Assembly: GCA_010093995.1 (NCBI GenBank)
Contig: ML992504.1
Span: forward strand, 1,601,394-1,665,393
DNA length: 64,000 nt
Direction: 5' to 3'
Source: Elsinoe ampelina
Taxonomy: Eukaryota
Below the pieces are notes generated by a model. That model did not search any database. It saw only the letters and a list, made by a program, of their open reading frames with translations, and was not told the DNA's origin. Positions within the stretch are counted from its first letter, which is position 1, and every line of letters starts with the position of its first letter. The translations under genes and the position numbers were made by a program. Shown here in pieces: positions 48,268 to 60,827 of the stretch.

Positions 48268-49148
48268 CTAACCAATAACTAGGGAGTTCTCCTCGGGGAA
48301 GTCGTATGCTGGAACTTCGAGGTTGAGTGGTGCGGGTCCCTTCCTGATGCGTCCCGAGATGTCGTAATGCGATCCGTGGCATGGGCAGAACCAGCCACCA
48401 AAGTCACCAGCTTCGCCGATGGGTACACAGCCCAAGTGAGTGCAGACACCTGCCCTCCGTCAGCATTGCCCAATTGTGATAGCTCAATAGTCACTCACCC
48501 AACATGATCAACCACTCTGGCTTCTGAACACGGTCGCTGTCTGGCTGGGGATCTCTGAGAGCCTCCCACTTTGTGTCCTCGGCCTCCTTGATCTCATCTG
48601 CTGTCCTGTGTCGGATGAAGACGGGCTTGCCACGCCACTTGATGATCACGTTCTTTCCTTCTGGGATAGCCGCAAGGTCGACCTCAACCTTGGCCTGGGC
48701 CAGGACATCTGCCGAGGCAGACATGTTGACAAGGAAGTCTGGAGGTATATCAGCCGCCATTCGTTATATCATCTTCCGTGAAGGCAGCTTCGGGCAGCTC
48801 GAAGTGAAGTATTCTTCCAGCTTGTTATCGATTGTGTTTTCTCGTACCTTGGACCGTCGCCTTTGCTCCGTATGCGGAAATAGCACCCATTGTTCCGACC
48901 ATAAAGTATTGGAACACCTTGCCCGAAATCTCACCACCCGAGCTCCTGTACTTCTTGAAGTCGGGAATAGCCGTTGTGTCTCTGTGGCTGCTCGTGCCCC
49001 GGAATGGTGATTGGTAGCTTGATGTCGTGGTCGCGGAGTCTGCTTTGTTGCGTGTCTGCATGGAGGTCGCTCCAGCGCGCACCGAGGGCAATTGAGTGCG
49101 TCCACACTGTCGGGTGAGCGCCCGAGCGGGCAGAGCGGCGAGCGACAT
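48268..49148 (-). CDS. RIP1: Cytochrome b-c1 complex Rieske iron-sulfur subunit (2 introns)
   Basis: Mitochondrial presequence, [51 protein letters not shown]. Confidence 0.97.
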
Positions 49149-49425
49149 GATGAGCGATGGGATCGAGCGTGGGAGGGTGGATGTTGAGGTGTTTGGGAAG
49201 ATTTATTCGGAGAGAGCAGGGACGACTTGAAGATGTGAGGCTTGGCTTTTTCATGGGATAAGGTCGATCCTGATTGGCTGGAAGTCGAAGGCCGGCGGGA
49301 AGGTGAGGTCACCTCCGACCATTCGAGCATTTGAGCATTTCTGGGGAAACTACCACTACGCGTGAAAGTCGTACATCCAACATTTTCAATTTACCCATCG
49401 CTAACATAGTACATACAGATTAAAC

Positions 49426-50151
49426 ATGCCGAAGCGCAAGAGAGATGCAACGACCGGATCTGAGTCCGCAAAAGCGCCCAGACGGTCTACACGCCAGCGC
49501 AAACCTCTCGAGTCTCCATCCGAGTCGCCAACATCCAAGCCCGAGGTCAAGAAGCAATCATCAGAATCAGCTGCTACCAAGCCCGCAGAATCTACAGCCG
49601 AGGAATTGAAAGTGGCTCGCGGCAAGCATCTCGCCATCGTTGAAAAGATCGGCGACCTGTTCTCTGCTCCAGCCAACACGGTCTTGATTCATGCCTGCAA
49701 CTGTCGTGGTCATTGGGGACATGGCATCGCCGCTGTTTTCAAGAAACGCTACCCAAAGGCCGACAAGCTAAGCAACGATCACTGCAACAAAGTCAATAAG
49801 GTCGACAAGAATGACTTACCCGGCACTGCCCAACTCATCCCGCCACAAAAGGGCGACATGGACGAGCACTTTGTTGGCTGCCTTTTCACATCAAAGTCTT
49901 ATGGCAAGACCAAAGACAAGCCGCCTGCGATCTTGAAGAATACGGGAAGCGCGATCGCGGATCTGATGAGGCAGGTGGCGGAGTGGAACAAGGGAAGGGC
50001 GGAGGGGAGGATTGAGGCCATTTGGACGTGCAAGATCAATTCTGGCTTGTTCAATGTGCCGTGGGAAGAGACGAAGAAGGTCATGGAGGAAGCTGACCTG
50101 CCGGAAGGCGACTTTCCTGTCGAAATTGTCTGCATGTCGAGGGAGGAGTAG
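49426..50151 (+). CDS. POA1: Macro-domain protein, ADP-ribose 1''-phosphate phosphatase-like
   Basis: GDLFSAPANTVLIHACNCRGHWGHGIA, VGCLFTS, KINSGLFNVPW. Confidence 0.85.
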   Translation: MPKRKRDATTGSESAKAPRRSTRQRKPLESPSESPTSKPEVKKQSSESAATKPAESTAEELKVARGKHLAIVEKIGDLFSAPANTVLIHACNCRGHWGHGIAAVFKKRYPKADKLSNDHCNKVNKVDKNDLPGTAQLIPPQKGDMDEHFVGCLFTSKSYGKTKDKPPAILKNTGSAIADLMRQVAEWNKGRAEGRIEAIWTCKINSGLFNVPWEETKKVMEEADLPEGDFPVEIVCMSREE

Positions 50152-52381
50152 GGGGACGAGCTGGCAGTAATGTAATGATAATGAGAGATACCCTTACCGA
50201 GAGAATCAAATTTGATAAAAGACTTCAGCCACGACGCCACCGCTTCCTGATCGTGTACACCGGTTGTCGAGGCGTCTGACGGAAGGTTGGGAAGCATGGT
50301 CGATACCAACTCCATAGGAACAACAGATCTGCTAACGGTGGCGGAAAGAACAGCCACATCGTACCTTGCCATATACCTCCACTCTAGATCAGTCAAGACA
50401 GCGTCGGGGGTTTGGGTCAGCAAAAGCCTTTGCAGAGCGTTAACTGGACGCATAGCAGTGACGGAAGTTGTCGTAGAAACTCCATGCTTGACATACAGAG
50501 CCCTGTCGACAAGGCGGCGCGGCGTACCTGACCCATCCGCCCTGTGACCTTCAAAGTGCCGAGCGCCAAAAGAGCACAGCTGTATTAGATCCAGCCGGTA
50601 GAAGCCAGAGCAAGTCCAGCCTCAACCCCCGCTCAACCATGAAAGGCCGACCAGTATTTGTGGCGCCATCCGGCACATTGAGCCACGAGACGCTCATCCG
50701 ACAAGACAATATGGCAAGCTGAACCGTGTATCGATTTGGATGCTCGGCGACTCCGCGTGGGGAAACCTATGAGAGTCCTCATGCGGTCGTGCTGTCGTCC
50801 TTCCGGGGCCGTTGTAGTACGACCGTTGGAACCCGTGTCTCTGGAGCTACGCGGCCGGGAGAATCGCCGAAGATGATGTGACCGGATAGGTCAGTCCTGG
50901 TTCTCTGAATGGAACGAAATATGCTCAGCTATGCGTACAGGACTTGTGAATACAAATTGGAGACGTCGAGGTGCCTGGCAAAACCCCGAGTATAGATCGA
51001 CCAGGAGGCAGAGGGCAGCCGGGGTGAGCTTTACGGCCGGTAGGCAAGGAAAGCCTTCTTGCGATTATGGTGACTGGTAGTTATCGAATCGGCAACCTTG
51101 AGCTTGTCCAACAAGCTCAAAGATACAGTTTAGCCATGGTCCAGAGCTGCTGGGCCAGCTTCTACGCGAGTGTCTGGCCACATCGATCCCACCGTTTCGC
51201 GGTCCGCGAGCGTCGATAACGGTTGGTCGAGCCTGGTCATGATGCCGTTTATCAAAGAGTGACAACTTGCGAGAAGAGTGTGCTGAATTCGAAGAGCTTC
51301 AAGCCATGCCGTGAGATAGCGTGACCCTTTTGAGCGATCAAGCAGGATAGCAACAGTCCCGGCATTGCCATGTGGAATGACGCTGCGTGACCCTGAGATA
51401 GATCATTCTATGATGTGCTTCTGCATCTGCGATCATGTCGTTCATGCTCTGAAAGGTTTGAGATGTATCAGGACTTGGACTCAAGGCCAGATTCGATTTG
51501 GGATTGGATTGGATCGTGGCCTTTCTGCAAAGCTACAGGGCTAAGTCTGTTTGACGAAATTCGTCCTCGAGACCATCAGAGACATGAATAGCCTTATGAC
51601 CCCTCATCTACAAACGATGAGCAGCTGTATACTAACGGGTATTGTGACTTTCGAGATCGATGGGCGGAAAAGAAGCATGGAAAGTCGTCGAGGTTCCTTC
51701 ACTTTCCTTTTGGGTCAACTTGGCAAACCACGTTGTTTCTTTCTTCCACGGACAAGCTCGACAACATTTCTTCAGTGACAAGACCGATGATGTACGAGTA
51801 CCATCGTCTTACGCGTTCACCAAAAGGCGGCATCGATAGGCAACAAAGCGTTGCTCAGCAAGCATGGCTTCGTTGTACTCGGCCGTGTGTCTACCTGATC
51901 AGGGACGATACTCGAGCAAAGATTATCATTTCTTCGTCCACAACCATCAAATCCCATCAGACCACCGTCACTCGGCTGCTCGAGTCGAGATCATAATACG
52001 TTTCCAATGGTCAGACATTCTGTGCTGATCTTGCCCCGCCTGTAGTCAGTCTCTATACCATCCCTCCAATCGCCCTGCCGGGCCAACGTCACTTCAACGG
52101 TCGAACTGTTGTATCCAATTCAGTAGCTTTGCTCAGTATAACGGATTTCTTGCGAACAGCCTTTGACAATTGCTGAGGCACCGGTTGCCGGTGTATATAC
52201 ACAAGTAGGTTCTTCAACTTTCAATTCCGTTGCTTTCTAGTCGCTCGTTCAATACACCCTGTCACCCTCGGCCGCACAATACGCATCCACGAGTGAAGCA
52301 GGACTGCACTCGTCAGCCCTGCATGCATACAAACAAATCGGGTTTCCGACCATAACAGAGACCTGACCGAGGGCCGCAACC

Positions 52382-54505
52382 ATGTTCGCCGAAATCATGC
52401 CGCTCGTCGAGCGTGGGCTCAACGACGGGCCTACCAATGGCATGATCTATTCTTTAAAGGCCGCCGAACATATCAGAATCGTCGCAACCACGTTAGCGAG
52501 TCTGAGTATTCTGGCCGATTTCATGACGTTATACTGGTTCGCACGAATGAAGCGGAAATGGAGACACACGTATGAGTCCCTCAATCTGTGGTAGTACGCA
52601 CCGGACTGACAATCAACTCAGCTTAATCGTCACTCTCATCATAGCCGATTTCCTCAAGGACATCAACTACCTCTCATTCACAGCTATTGCATTCATCGAG
52701 AAGCATGTCGTTTCGGGTTCGAGATGGTGTCAAGCAAGCGGTTTCTTTCACCAATATCTGGTAGAGGTGACTGGTGCGTATGGATCTGACCTTAAGGTTG
52801 ACAGCTCTGACTTGTTCTAGATTTTGTCATTCTCAGCATTGTCGTACACATGTCGGTCCAGATCTTAAACCCCAACGCTACAAACGGCGCTGAAGGCGGA
52901 CTTGAGAAGTGGAAAGTCTGGATCTTCACTGCTATCCTTGGACTACCTTTCATCATGGCTTGTGTTGCATTCTCCAACCCCTACGGAGGCTACCAACTCG
53001 TAGGCGCCTTCTGCAGTCTGCCTGTTCGACCTTTCTGGTATCGCTTGACACTGAGCTGGATCCCGCGATACATTATCGCCATCACAATCGTGGTGCTTAC
53101 CGTCATCATCCGCTACAAAGTCAAGAAGTACCAGCAGAAGTTGGAGGATCTCCAAAAGTCCATGCCGACACAAGGTCAGCTGGAGGATGGCATAATCGAT
53201 GAGATTATTGAAGAGTCGGATGATGACAATGAGACATCTTCGCAAGAGAAGCAGCATGACAGTGTGAGCATGGTCGACGAGAAGAGACCCACCGGAGCCC
53301 AGACTGAGGAGGTACCACCTGTGCCCACGATCCCAGCCGAGCACCAACAATTCACTGCAGACGATCTCCCACGACCAAAGCGAATGTCATACAGACGTCG
53401 CCAACTTCCACCTCTCAACACCGCCGTGCTCGATGCTACCGTCCCCCGCGGTGGCTCAATCGCCCCCTCCCTCGCCCCATCATCCGCCGTCTTCTCCTCT
53501 CCCACCCGCACCGAGTTCGGCCCCAACCCAGACTACCGTAGCAGCATGCTCGCCGAATCGTTCGTCCTCGAAGACCCCACCCCACCACGCCGCCGCAAAT
53601 CCATCACCGACATCAACCCCCGGCGCTCCCAATCCGTCATCGACTACCCGCAACTCCACCGCCGCGCCTCCCTCGCCGAAGTCCCCCGGTCAGGGTCCAT
53701 GTCCCGCAACGCCTCCACCGCCAACATCTACTCGGACCGCATGTCGACCATCCACTCGACCGGCCGACGCTCCTCCATCTGGGACGAAATCGACGCCTCC
53801 CTGGACAAGAAGATGACCAACCGCATCAGCATCTTCACCATCACGGCGTCCGAAGCCGGCGACCTAGGCCCCACCGACGACGCCGCCGCCCCCGTGACGT
53901 ACGAAAGCGACAACATCGCCCTCTCGGCGCGCAACAGCATGATCAGCGCCCCTCCCGCCGCCTCCTCCTCCTCGGCGCTCGGCCACCCCAACCCGCTCGG
54001 CCAAAACCGAAACTCGCGGCACATCCGGCGCGGGTCCCTCGCGTCCGCGGGACGGGGCAGCATGATCTACTCGGCCGCCCGACGCGCCATGTCCGTGATT
54101 TCGCTGCGGGGGCTGGGGGAAGAAGAAGCCCCGGACTCGCCCGGCGCCATCCTGCGCAGGCGACACCGCTACATCCAGCGCCAACTGCGCTACCTCATGT
54201 TCTACCCCGTCTTGTACCTCATGCTGTGGGCGTGTCCTTTCTTGCTGCACGTGCTGCAGTACGATGATCGGTTCGCGGTGCACCCGCCTTTTGCGGTCGC
54301 CGTGCTGAATATCGTGAGCATGACGCTTTTTGGGTTCGTGAATTCCGTTGTGTTTTGTATGAGGGAGAAGCCGTGGACGGCGATTGAGGGGAGTGATGGG
54401 ACGTTGGTGGGGAGTTTGAGAACTTGTCCGGTTTATTTGTTTATGAGGGGGTTGTGGTGGAGGGTGAGGGGGAGGGAGGAGGAGGAGATGGATTTTGTGG
54501 GTTGA
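52382..54505 (+). CDS. Git3/Gpr1-type (glucose-sensing class) G-protein coupled receptor (2 introns)
   Basis: Seven TM segments, YWFARMKRKWRH, WCQASGFF, GAFCSLPVRPFWYRLTLSWIPRY, a long third loop, IQRQLRYLMFYPVLY, FCMREKPW. Confidence 0.9.
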
Positions 54506-54720
54506 GAGGGGGGTAAGATTCTTGGATATATTTTAGATAGACGGGTTGGAGGTTTACTTTGTGGTGATACCCTGGAGGAGAATAGATTCTTTTGTAATAC
54601 TCCCGAGACTGAGAGTAGTGGGTGGTGATGTGCGTAGCGAAGGTGAATTATGTAAACATTGTCAAAGGTATCCGATACAGAAGTAGAATAATCCTTCGTC
54701 CTCCATCTCTCCTCCTGCTC

Positions 54721-56766
54721 CTACCACCCTGTCCCTCCATCCACCCACCCCCCGCAAGGCCCATTGCTAACCACCCACTCAGGCCACTCGTGCCTCCCCC
54801 TCCCCTGCCTCTCGTCCCTGGGCCTCGTCACAAACACCCCCGCTCCACCTCCCTGCCCCGCACACTGATTCCGCCAATCACTCACCAAATAACACCTCTG
54901 CGCTCTATTATCCCACACGCTCCCCAAACATGGCACCAGCATCTCGTGACACTCGGCGCAGCACTCCTCTGCGTCTCTGGCAAGACCGACGTCGTAGGAA
55001 GTATACTTGTACGGACCGTGGGAGTAGATGTTCACAATGTGGGCGTCGGCGTAAGCCGTCGGGCCGAGGAGGTTTTGGGTCGCGCACGCGGCGAGGGCGG
55101 TGCGGGTGGAGGAGACGGTGTGGATTTGAGTGGAGATCCAGGTGGAGGTGGTGAAGTGGGTGGAGGTGGTGGTGATGGTTGTTGTTGTGATGTGGGTGGC
55201 TGTTCGTAGAGGAGCCGGAGATGGGATGGTGGTGGTGATGGTGATGCATTTCAGAGTTGTGGTGGTGAGCGTTATTGGAGTAGCTGGGGCGAAGGTAGGA
55301 GCAAGAGTGAAGGGGGCATATTCGGTGGTTTCGTGATAGATGAATTTAGTGCAGGCGAGTTCGGTAAGGTGGCGAGGTGCAGGGAGCGTCGGCTCAGGAG
55401 TGACCGCGCCGCGGAGACCGTAGTAGTGTCGTGGAACTTTGGTCAGAGCTCGTGCCTGTAGGTGGATTTCCCCTTCGGCTGGGACGGTATCGTTTGGCGT
55501 TTCTGTTGCTTGAATGCTGCGTTTGAAGGACGTTGTGATCTCAATTGTGGTCGCTGTCGGTTGTGTACTGGTGGTGCTCTCAGGATCCGGCATGAGATCT
55601 TCATCATCGTCAAATTCTTCCTCGGTTGAACGTGCAGCTGGTGTTATAGTTGAGTCTTTGTCGGTCAAAGTATTGGTGGCTGTCGCGTCTGCTTCGGTGC
55701 TCGTTGCGGTCGCTTCAGCATCCGTGGCCGTGTCGTCTGACGCGGTGGTTGTGCTGTCTTCGGCTTCTGCAATGCCCTCGAGCGGTCGCTCATCATCTGG
55801 TCGACTTTTGTCAAGGACGGCAGGCAGGTCGGTCGGCTTGGCTGCGGCAATTTCTGCCTCCGCACTAGCCATGGCATTCAACAGGTGTTTTACTAGCTCT
55901 GCTTCAGATTCCTGGTCTGCTGAGAGTGACGTGGGCGTAGGATCTCCCGGAATAGTCGTAACTTGGTCGGTGGCAGTATCTGTGGTCAAAGGCTGTACCT
56001 CGGCATTGCCTTCCGCTGGTGTGGCTGTGGAATCTGAACCACTCTCATCAGTCGGAGTCGCAGTATCAGTTGCGGTGATGAGACTCGTGACGGCTGAGAG
56101 CGGTGTTGGTACCAGACGACCATCTTCGAGAATGTAGATGATCTGTTGTATCTCTGCCGGGCCTGGAACATCAGTAATAGGAGGAACATCGGCCTTTGTC
56201 CGTGAGCGGGCAGTCGCTTTGGACTTTTGCTTTCTGCGGGAACGGGTAGGCCGAATGATGGTAGTCTTCAATCGGCCATCTTTGAGAGTCAGAGTTTTTG
56301 TGATGGTTCCAACTTTGGTCGACGTGTTTACTGGCAACCAGCCATCCATCGTTGGGACCTGAAGGTGAATAGTATAGGGCTCGCTGGAGATGGAGATGGA
56401 GTGTGAGATATCCGTAATGTTGACATAGCGGCGATCATATATATGTACAGTAGATGTTGTGGTCCAGGCAGTGGTGCCCTTTACTTCTTCGGTCACAGTC
56501 TTTGTTATTGTCGAGACGGTCGTTTCAGTCTTGTGGTAGGTCGAGACCGGCTCAAATGTGATGATGCTGGTCGGCTGTGTTGTGAAGGCGATGGTCACTG
56601 TCGGTAAGGAAGTGGAGAGGGTTGTTGTATGTGTCGGTACGCGGTAAGGTGATATTGAGCCCATTAATGACGCGCATCGCACGTCTGTCCTCGTCGACGT
56701 CAACCCCTCTACCACAACCGCCGCCGCCGCCAGACACGCCAATAAGTTTGATATCCGTGTAATCAT
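54721..56766 (-). CDS. Secreted Thr-rich mucin-like protein with a C-terminal Cys-rich (PAN/apple-like) domain
   Basis: Signal peptide, long Thr/Ser/acidic tracts, C-terminal DAEECCAECHEMLVPCLGSVWDNRAQRCYLV...C...VVSNGPCG. Confidence 0.8.
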   Translation of the reverse strand: MITRISNLLACLAAAAVVVEGLTSTRTDVRCASLMGSISPYRVPTHTTTLSTSLPTVTIAFTTQPTSIITFEPVSTYHKTETTVSTITKTVTEEVKGTTAWTTTSTVHIYDRRYVNITDISHSISISSEPYTIHLQVPTMDGWLPVNTSTKVGTITKTLTLKDGRLKTTIIRPTRSRRKQKSKATARSRTKADVPPITDVPGPAEIQQIIYILEDGRLVPTPLSAVTSLITATDTATPTDESGSDSTATPAEGNAEVQPLTTDTATDQVTTIPGDPTPTSLSADQESEAELVKHLLNAMASAEAEIAAAKPTDLPAVLDKSRPDDERPLEGIAEAEDSTTTASDDTATDAEATATSTEADATATNTLTDKDSTITPAARSTEEEFDDDEDLMPDPESTTSTQPTATTIEITTSFKRSIQATETPNDTVPAEGEIHLQARALTKVPRHYYGLRGAVTPEPTLPAPRHLTELACTKFIYHETTEYAPFTLAPTFAPATPITLTTTTLKCITITTTIPSPAPLRTATHITTTTITTTSTHFTTSTWISTQIHTVSSTRTALAACATQNLLGPTAYADAHIVNIYSHGPYKYTSYDVGLARDAEECCAECHEMLVPCLGSVWDNRAQRCYLVSDWRNQCAGQGGGAGVFVTRPRDERQGRGRHEWPEWVVSNGPCGGWVDGGTGW

Positions 56767-58458
56767 CCTGTCACCGCGTTGGATACATTGTCACGAGATG
56801 CGGTTGGACAAGATACTTTTGACAGAGGTGCGCGCGCATCGAAGGGGCAATAGGAACAGGAATAGGAGTCGATGCGGCCGAGCGTGCAGGAGCGTCAACG
56901 GTCATTGCAACGGTCGAGGCGATAGCGCAGACCTGGGCAGGAAGCAAAAATAGTCGTCATATCCATGTCTGAACATTGTACTTACTTGCTTGCTCGTCTT
57001 TACAAAGACCAAGACGAGCAGAATGTGGCTGCATGGCATCAGGGGGTGGTGAAGCATCAAGTGTGTCGAGTTTGAGAGACGAGACGTGAAGGGGCTCGCG
57101 CAAAAGGCAGAAATGACAAAAGCAGCACACGGCCCGTCCCGCCCTTTCATGCTTCTCTGATACGGCATTTTTCTGCTCTCTTTTGAAAGGGCCAGAACGT
57201 TGTTCAAAGTGTATGCAGCTTCGTGAAAAGACAGTGCGTTCGGCTGGAAATTGGACCTTCTGCAGGTACAAAATTTGAGGCGCATGAACCTCTGCCGCTA
57301 CCAAGAGACTTGCAGTCGTGTACATTGTCAAGATCATCTTGTAACCGCATGAGATGTGAGTGCGATGACCATGGAAGTACTGCAGATCATGTCTTGACCT
57401 CATTGAATGGATTGTCATCCACATTACGGACTCGCATGACTCAATCTCACCGGATATCATTCATTCTCCGGACCATATCTTCTGCCATGTGGCATCCACA
57501 CAAGCCGCCAGATCTTACCCGAGCACTAGCCAAGCAACAAAGGACGGCAATTTGATGAGGTTTGTTGTTCCATGGTTTGTCCGTGACATGAAACTCGTGC
57601 AGAAACCCAATCCGATCAGTCCATCTTATTGCATAGCAGATAATTATCCGTCAGTCAATCAGCGTCAACGGATTGCAGATTTCCTTCGAGAGCTTTCCGG
57701 CTGTATTCTTTGGAACATTCGCTGTATCATCAGGACAAATTGCGGTGAACAGGGGCAGGGATGGACCTGGCCCAATGGTCCTTGATCTCAGATATCCAAC
57801 CTGCCGAATGACCTGCATATCGCCGTCGCCCAATCAGGGCGTCAAGACTGACTCTTTCCGTCTATGCAAACACGGGAGAAGACGCAATGGTTTGCTCCAG
57901 GTATACTGTAGCTTTGTCCGTTCCACATCTTGATGACCTACCAGATTTGAAGGAGCCGAGGTCGATGAAAGAGCATTCTGTTCTTGCACATGTTGTAGAA
58001 GTCTCAACATTCGAGCAGTACTTGCTATGATATCCTCAAACAGCGGCAAAAGGCCAATCGTCAAACAATCCCGGGCTGCACCTCCCAATCTAAAGGCGTT
58101 CTCCCCCAAAATGTAGCCGCAATCCTTGAATCATTTGGCCGTCGACGGCGTGGCCCTAAGTTGGTGATCAATACGCCTTTGACTTTCTACTCGTACCAAA
58201 ACTGCTACCAAAGGTCTTCTCAAGTGTCCGCTGACCGGCACCACAAGTCATGTCAATCCTTGGATCTTGCGCCCCCACTCGACCGTAGACATGGTCTCAC
58301 AATTTTGATTCCTCTATAGAACTCATTACTTCCCTTTGTTTGCTCCTCTCCAGCTGTTTGCTCGAATCTAGATCTATGGCGAAGGGATTGCGGCGTGCCT
58401 CGGCTCCCCGTCGAGTCAAATCCTAGCAACTCCCACTATTGAGCGCCAGGTCTCCATA

Positions 58459-60431
58459 ATGGCCGCTCTCCCGAAAGACTCGCCTGCGCCGCCGCTCCGA
58501 AAGTTCAATTCCATCTCTGACGTCGCCGACAATATCTTCATGCGCCGCATTCTGCGATTGACCGGATCAGAGAAGGAGAGCACCTACGACTTCAAATTGA
58601 CCCAGGAAGCAACTGAGCTTGGTTTGGCCGTTACACCGCCTCCTGTCCCCGCTCCGTCAACTCCTCAACCACACAGTAGGAGACCCTCGGTCGCACGAGA
58701 TGGAAGATCCGTATCGATAGACTCTTTTGCTTCAAAGTCCTCTCGGCCTACCTCGGATCTGTCGAAGAGCTGGGACAGGACATCTACTGGCTTCAACTCC
58801 CTTCAATCCTACAACAGACGAGGGTCTGCCACTTCATCCTCTAGCAGATCTCGCGATTCTGTGCTTTCGCAGCCAATACCCATAGCAAAGCAGAAGCAGT
58901 CGCGCAACTCTTCTGTACCACCTACTGCTACCCCAAGACTCGGCCGTCAATCGCCCGAAAGTCCACAACCTTCGTCACCGCACAAGCATCTCATTCGAGG
59001 TCTGACAAAGCTACGCTTACGACGCCATGACTCGGATAAGACTTCACGAAAGTATCGAGACAGACAAGAGCAGAAGGTTGGGAGCAAGACTGACAAGGAC
59101 AGGTGTCGGCACTGTAGCCAGTCGCTTCCTCAGGAGAACCTTCACCGTCTCTCCTGCGGTCACACCTACTGCACTGATGCCCTCTACTATCTTGGTGAAC
59201 TCGCAGCCACCAAAGAACCCAAGGTACAACCTAAATGTTGCGGACAAACTATACCAAAGGCCTTGCTGGACCTGGCTCAGTCTCGAAAGGCCCGCTCATT
59301 AGCGTCAACGAACCCAGCATGGGCTACAAGTATGCACCGCCAGCTTTCCGACCAGGCGTCTCGCTCCAGTGTCACGCCCGAGCCAATCGAGACAGTCAGG
59401 GAATCGTCTGAAAGCGATGAGGGGCTTCTCTCGGAGACTCTCACCATTGCCAGCATCAACCTTGCCAAAGCATTGAGAATACCCGAATATGCCCTGCTCA
59501 GAACCAAGCACACCCAGCAAAGAAATAGACTTCTGCGATGGGACACTCAGCATCGTACTGAACTCCTATCAGGGTCAGAGCAACGACGAGCTGCTGTCGT
59601 GCAAGAATTTGATCGCCTGCAGGAAGAGATGCTCGACAAGGTATGCTATACGCTCACTCGTTCTACTTTCTTCCGTTGACTTGTGAACAGCAAGCCTCCA
59701 CCGTGGCGACTGTGGAAGATATGCACGTCTCAGCCGAAGCAGACCTCCGAGAAGCCCAAGAGACCGAACGGAAGAACACTCAGACTGCGCTCAGACACAT
59801 GGAGGCATACTGTCGCGGCGAATCCGCTAATGGACAGCCGCACGGTAGGACGATCTCCGATCAAGACCGACTCGAACTAGCCAAAGCGCAACGTCTGCGC
59901 GATAACATCGACATCCGCCACGAAAGCGCCATCAACGTCCTCCGAGGCGAGCAGAACCACCGCATGCGACTACGACTCCAACGCCACGATCAAGAAGCCG
60001 CCCAGCTCCAACGCCGAAGAGAACGTGAGCTCGACCGCGTCCAGCGAGACCTCAACGACGAGTTGGGAGAGTGGACCACTGAGATGCAAAGGAAGAAAGC
60101 AGTTCTGGAGAGGTGGTGGGATATTGAAACGCAGATTTGTCTTAAGAAATACGGCGCGAGCAAGGACCTGGTGTTTGACGACCCGCTCACGCCTCTGGCA
60201 TGGTCGAGAGAGCCTGGGGTGGAAACTACCTTTGATAATTTTGCCGACGAGTTGGAGAGCTGGGATAATGACGAAGACGAGGACGACGAGCAGCCGGATG
60301 AAGAGGCAGGGAAAGAGGAGGACAAAGACGAGACGCCCACTCCTGAACCGACGCCTGGGACTAATCAATCCTCAACCGTTGAGAGTGACCCACCGCATAC
60401 CGACGCCGGCGGCGAAGGTGAACCTGTATAG
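58459..60431 (+). CDS. Protein with a degenerate RING-like Zn finger and C-terminal coiled coil (intron 59641-59690)
   Basis: CRHC...LSCGHTYCTDAL...PKCCGQTIP, then a coiled coil with ALRHMEAYCRG and HESAINVLRGEQ. Confidence 0.78.
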
Positions 60432-60827
60432 TACTGATGTCTGACGGTTCTTGTTTGACTGGCGTTGTTTTACATCTGGCTAGATACCCAAGGAGCGCAT
60501 AGCGGATATGCTGGTGCTTTAGCGATTGTTATTGTTAATACCGTACGCGCAGTAATATAATATGTACATAGAGAGATGGGTCATAGGTCGATCTCGAACG
60601 TATCAGGCCGATCATACAAGCCACGCAAGCAGATCGTGTCTAGCGAGTTTACTGCTCAAATGTCCGATGGGACCACTAGGCTGGTTGCCGACGGAAGGTT
60701 GTCAGAACGAATACATTTCTCATGGGGGTATCATATCCTCGTCGCCGAACCTCGCTATCCATCTTGAGCCTCTGCCATCCACAAGTCGCTGCTGCCAACA
60801 CTTCAATCGTCCGTCTCAAACCAGACC

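Noticed and set aside
50200..52380. Long gene-free stretches (also 56800-58400) as hidden genes or ncRNAs
   Set aside because: Only short motif-less ORFs, and no tRNA, snoRNA or repeat structure recognised. Most likely extended promoters or UTRs.
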